A stretch of 28,061 bases of DNA from Pseudomonadota bacterium (GTDB lineage: Bacteria > Desulfobacterota > Desulfobacteria > Desulfobacterales > JBDRRP01). Shown in pieces: positions 27,923 to 28,061 of this stretch (positions are counted from its first letter, which is position 1; every line of letters starts with the position of its first letter). The position numbers were made by a program, and so were the translations under genes. The notes under the pieces are model-generated. The model saw only the letters and a program-made list of their open reading frames with translations. It was not told where the DNA came from and did not search any database. Location: assembly GCA_043825735.1 (NCBI GenBank), contig JBDRRP010000086.1, positions 137,046 to 165,106 on the forward strand, read 5' to 3'.

Positions 27923-28061
27923 TGGGGTGGACCCCAAAGCTTGGACAGCCGGATGGGTTCGTTAAGCTAAGAGCCAGAAGAATAAAATATAGAGGCATCA
28001 GGCCGCCTCAGAGTAAGGGTGAGGCAGACCGTAGTAGACCTCATCCGGGGTTCTGTCGTCA
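27923..28061 (-). mobile_element. IS3-family insertion sequence, right end (partial)
   Basis: Terminal repeat TGGGGTGGACCCCAAAGCTTGGACAG (5'-TG end) downstream of a transposase C-terminus. Confidence 0.8.
27998..28061 (-). CDS. IS3-family transposase OrfB, C-terminal fragment (not in the ORF track)
   Basis: Manual translation gives DDRTPDEVYYGLPHPYSEAA*; TPDEVY is typical of the end of the IS3 integrase core. Confidence 0.78.
   Translation of the reverse strand, partial: DDRTPDEVYYGLPHPYSEAA

Overview
GC-rich chromosomal window, most likely from a sulfate-reducing Desulfobacterota (Desulfobacterales-like) bacterium. The core carries an rsbRD-N gene plus a complete dsrMKJOP operon with promoter and terminator, acnA, mtgA, an AraC-Ogt (Ada-like) repair gene, an SLC13 permease and an IscU/NifU-like scaffold. 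Three things stand out. (1) At 7.1-11.4 kb, an NtrC-type activator is divergent from a two-gene operon with a full sigma-54 layout (tandem 18-bp palindromes, an IHF-like site, a -24/-12 box). That operon encodes a sensor-less histidine kinase with a non-canonical H-box and an enolase-superfamily protein lacking key catalytic residues. (2) The intergenic DNA is dense with nested miniature palindromic elements. One MITE-like family has three copies with 6-bp flanking direct repeats and an IHF-like site in the loop, each just upstream of a gene start. One copy carries two smaller inserted hairpins. (3) An accessory block from about 22.9 kb begins where an EVE gene is cut exactly at the fabH stop codon. 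It includes a MazF/PemK toxin-antitoxin pair, a GSU2403-type nucleotidyltransferase, a DUF1624 membrane protein and the end of an IS3 element that the ORF track missed. All calls come from motif recognition by eye; no database searches were run.
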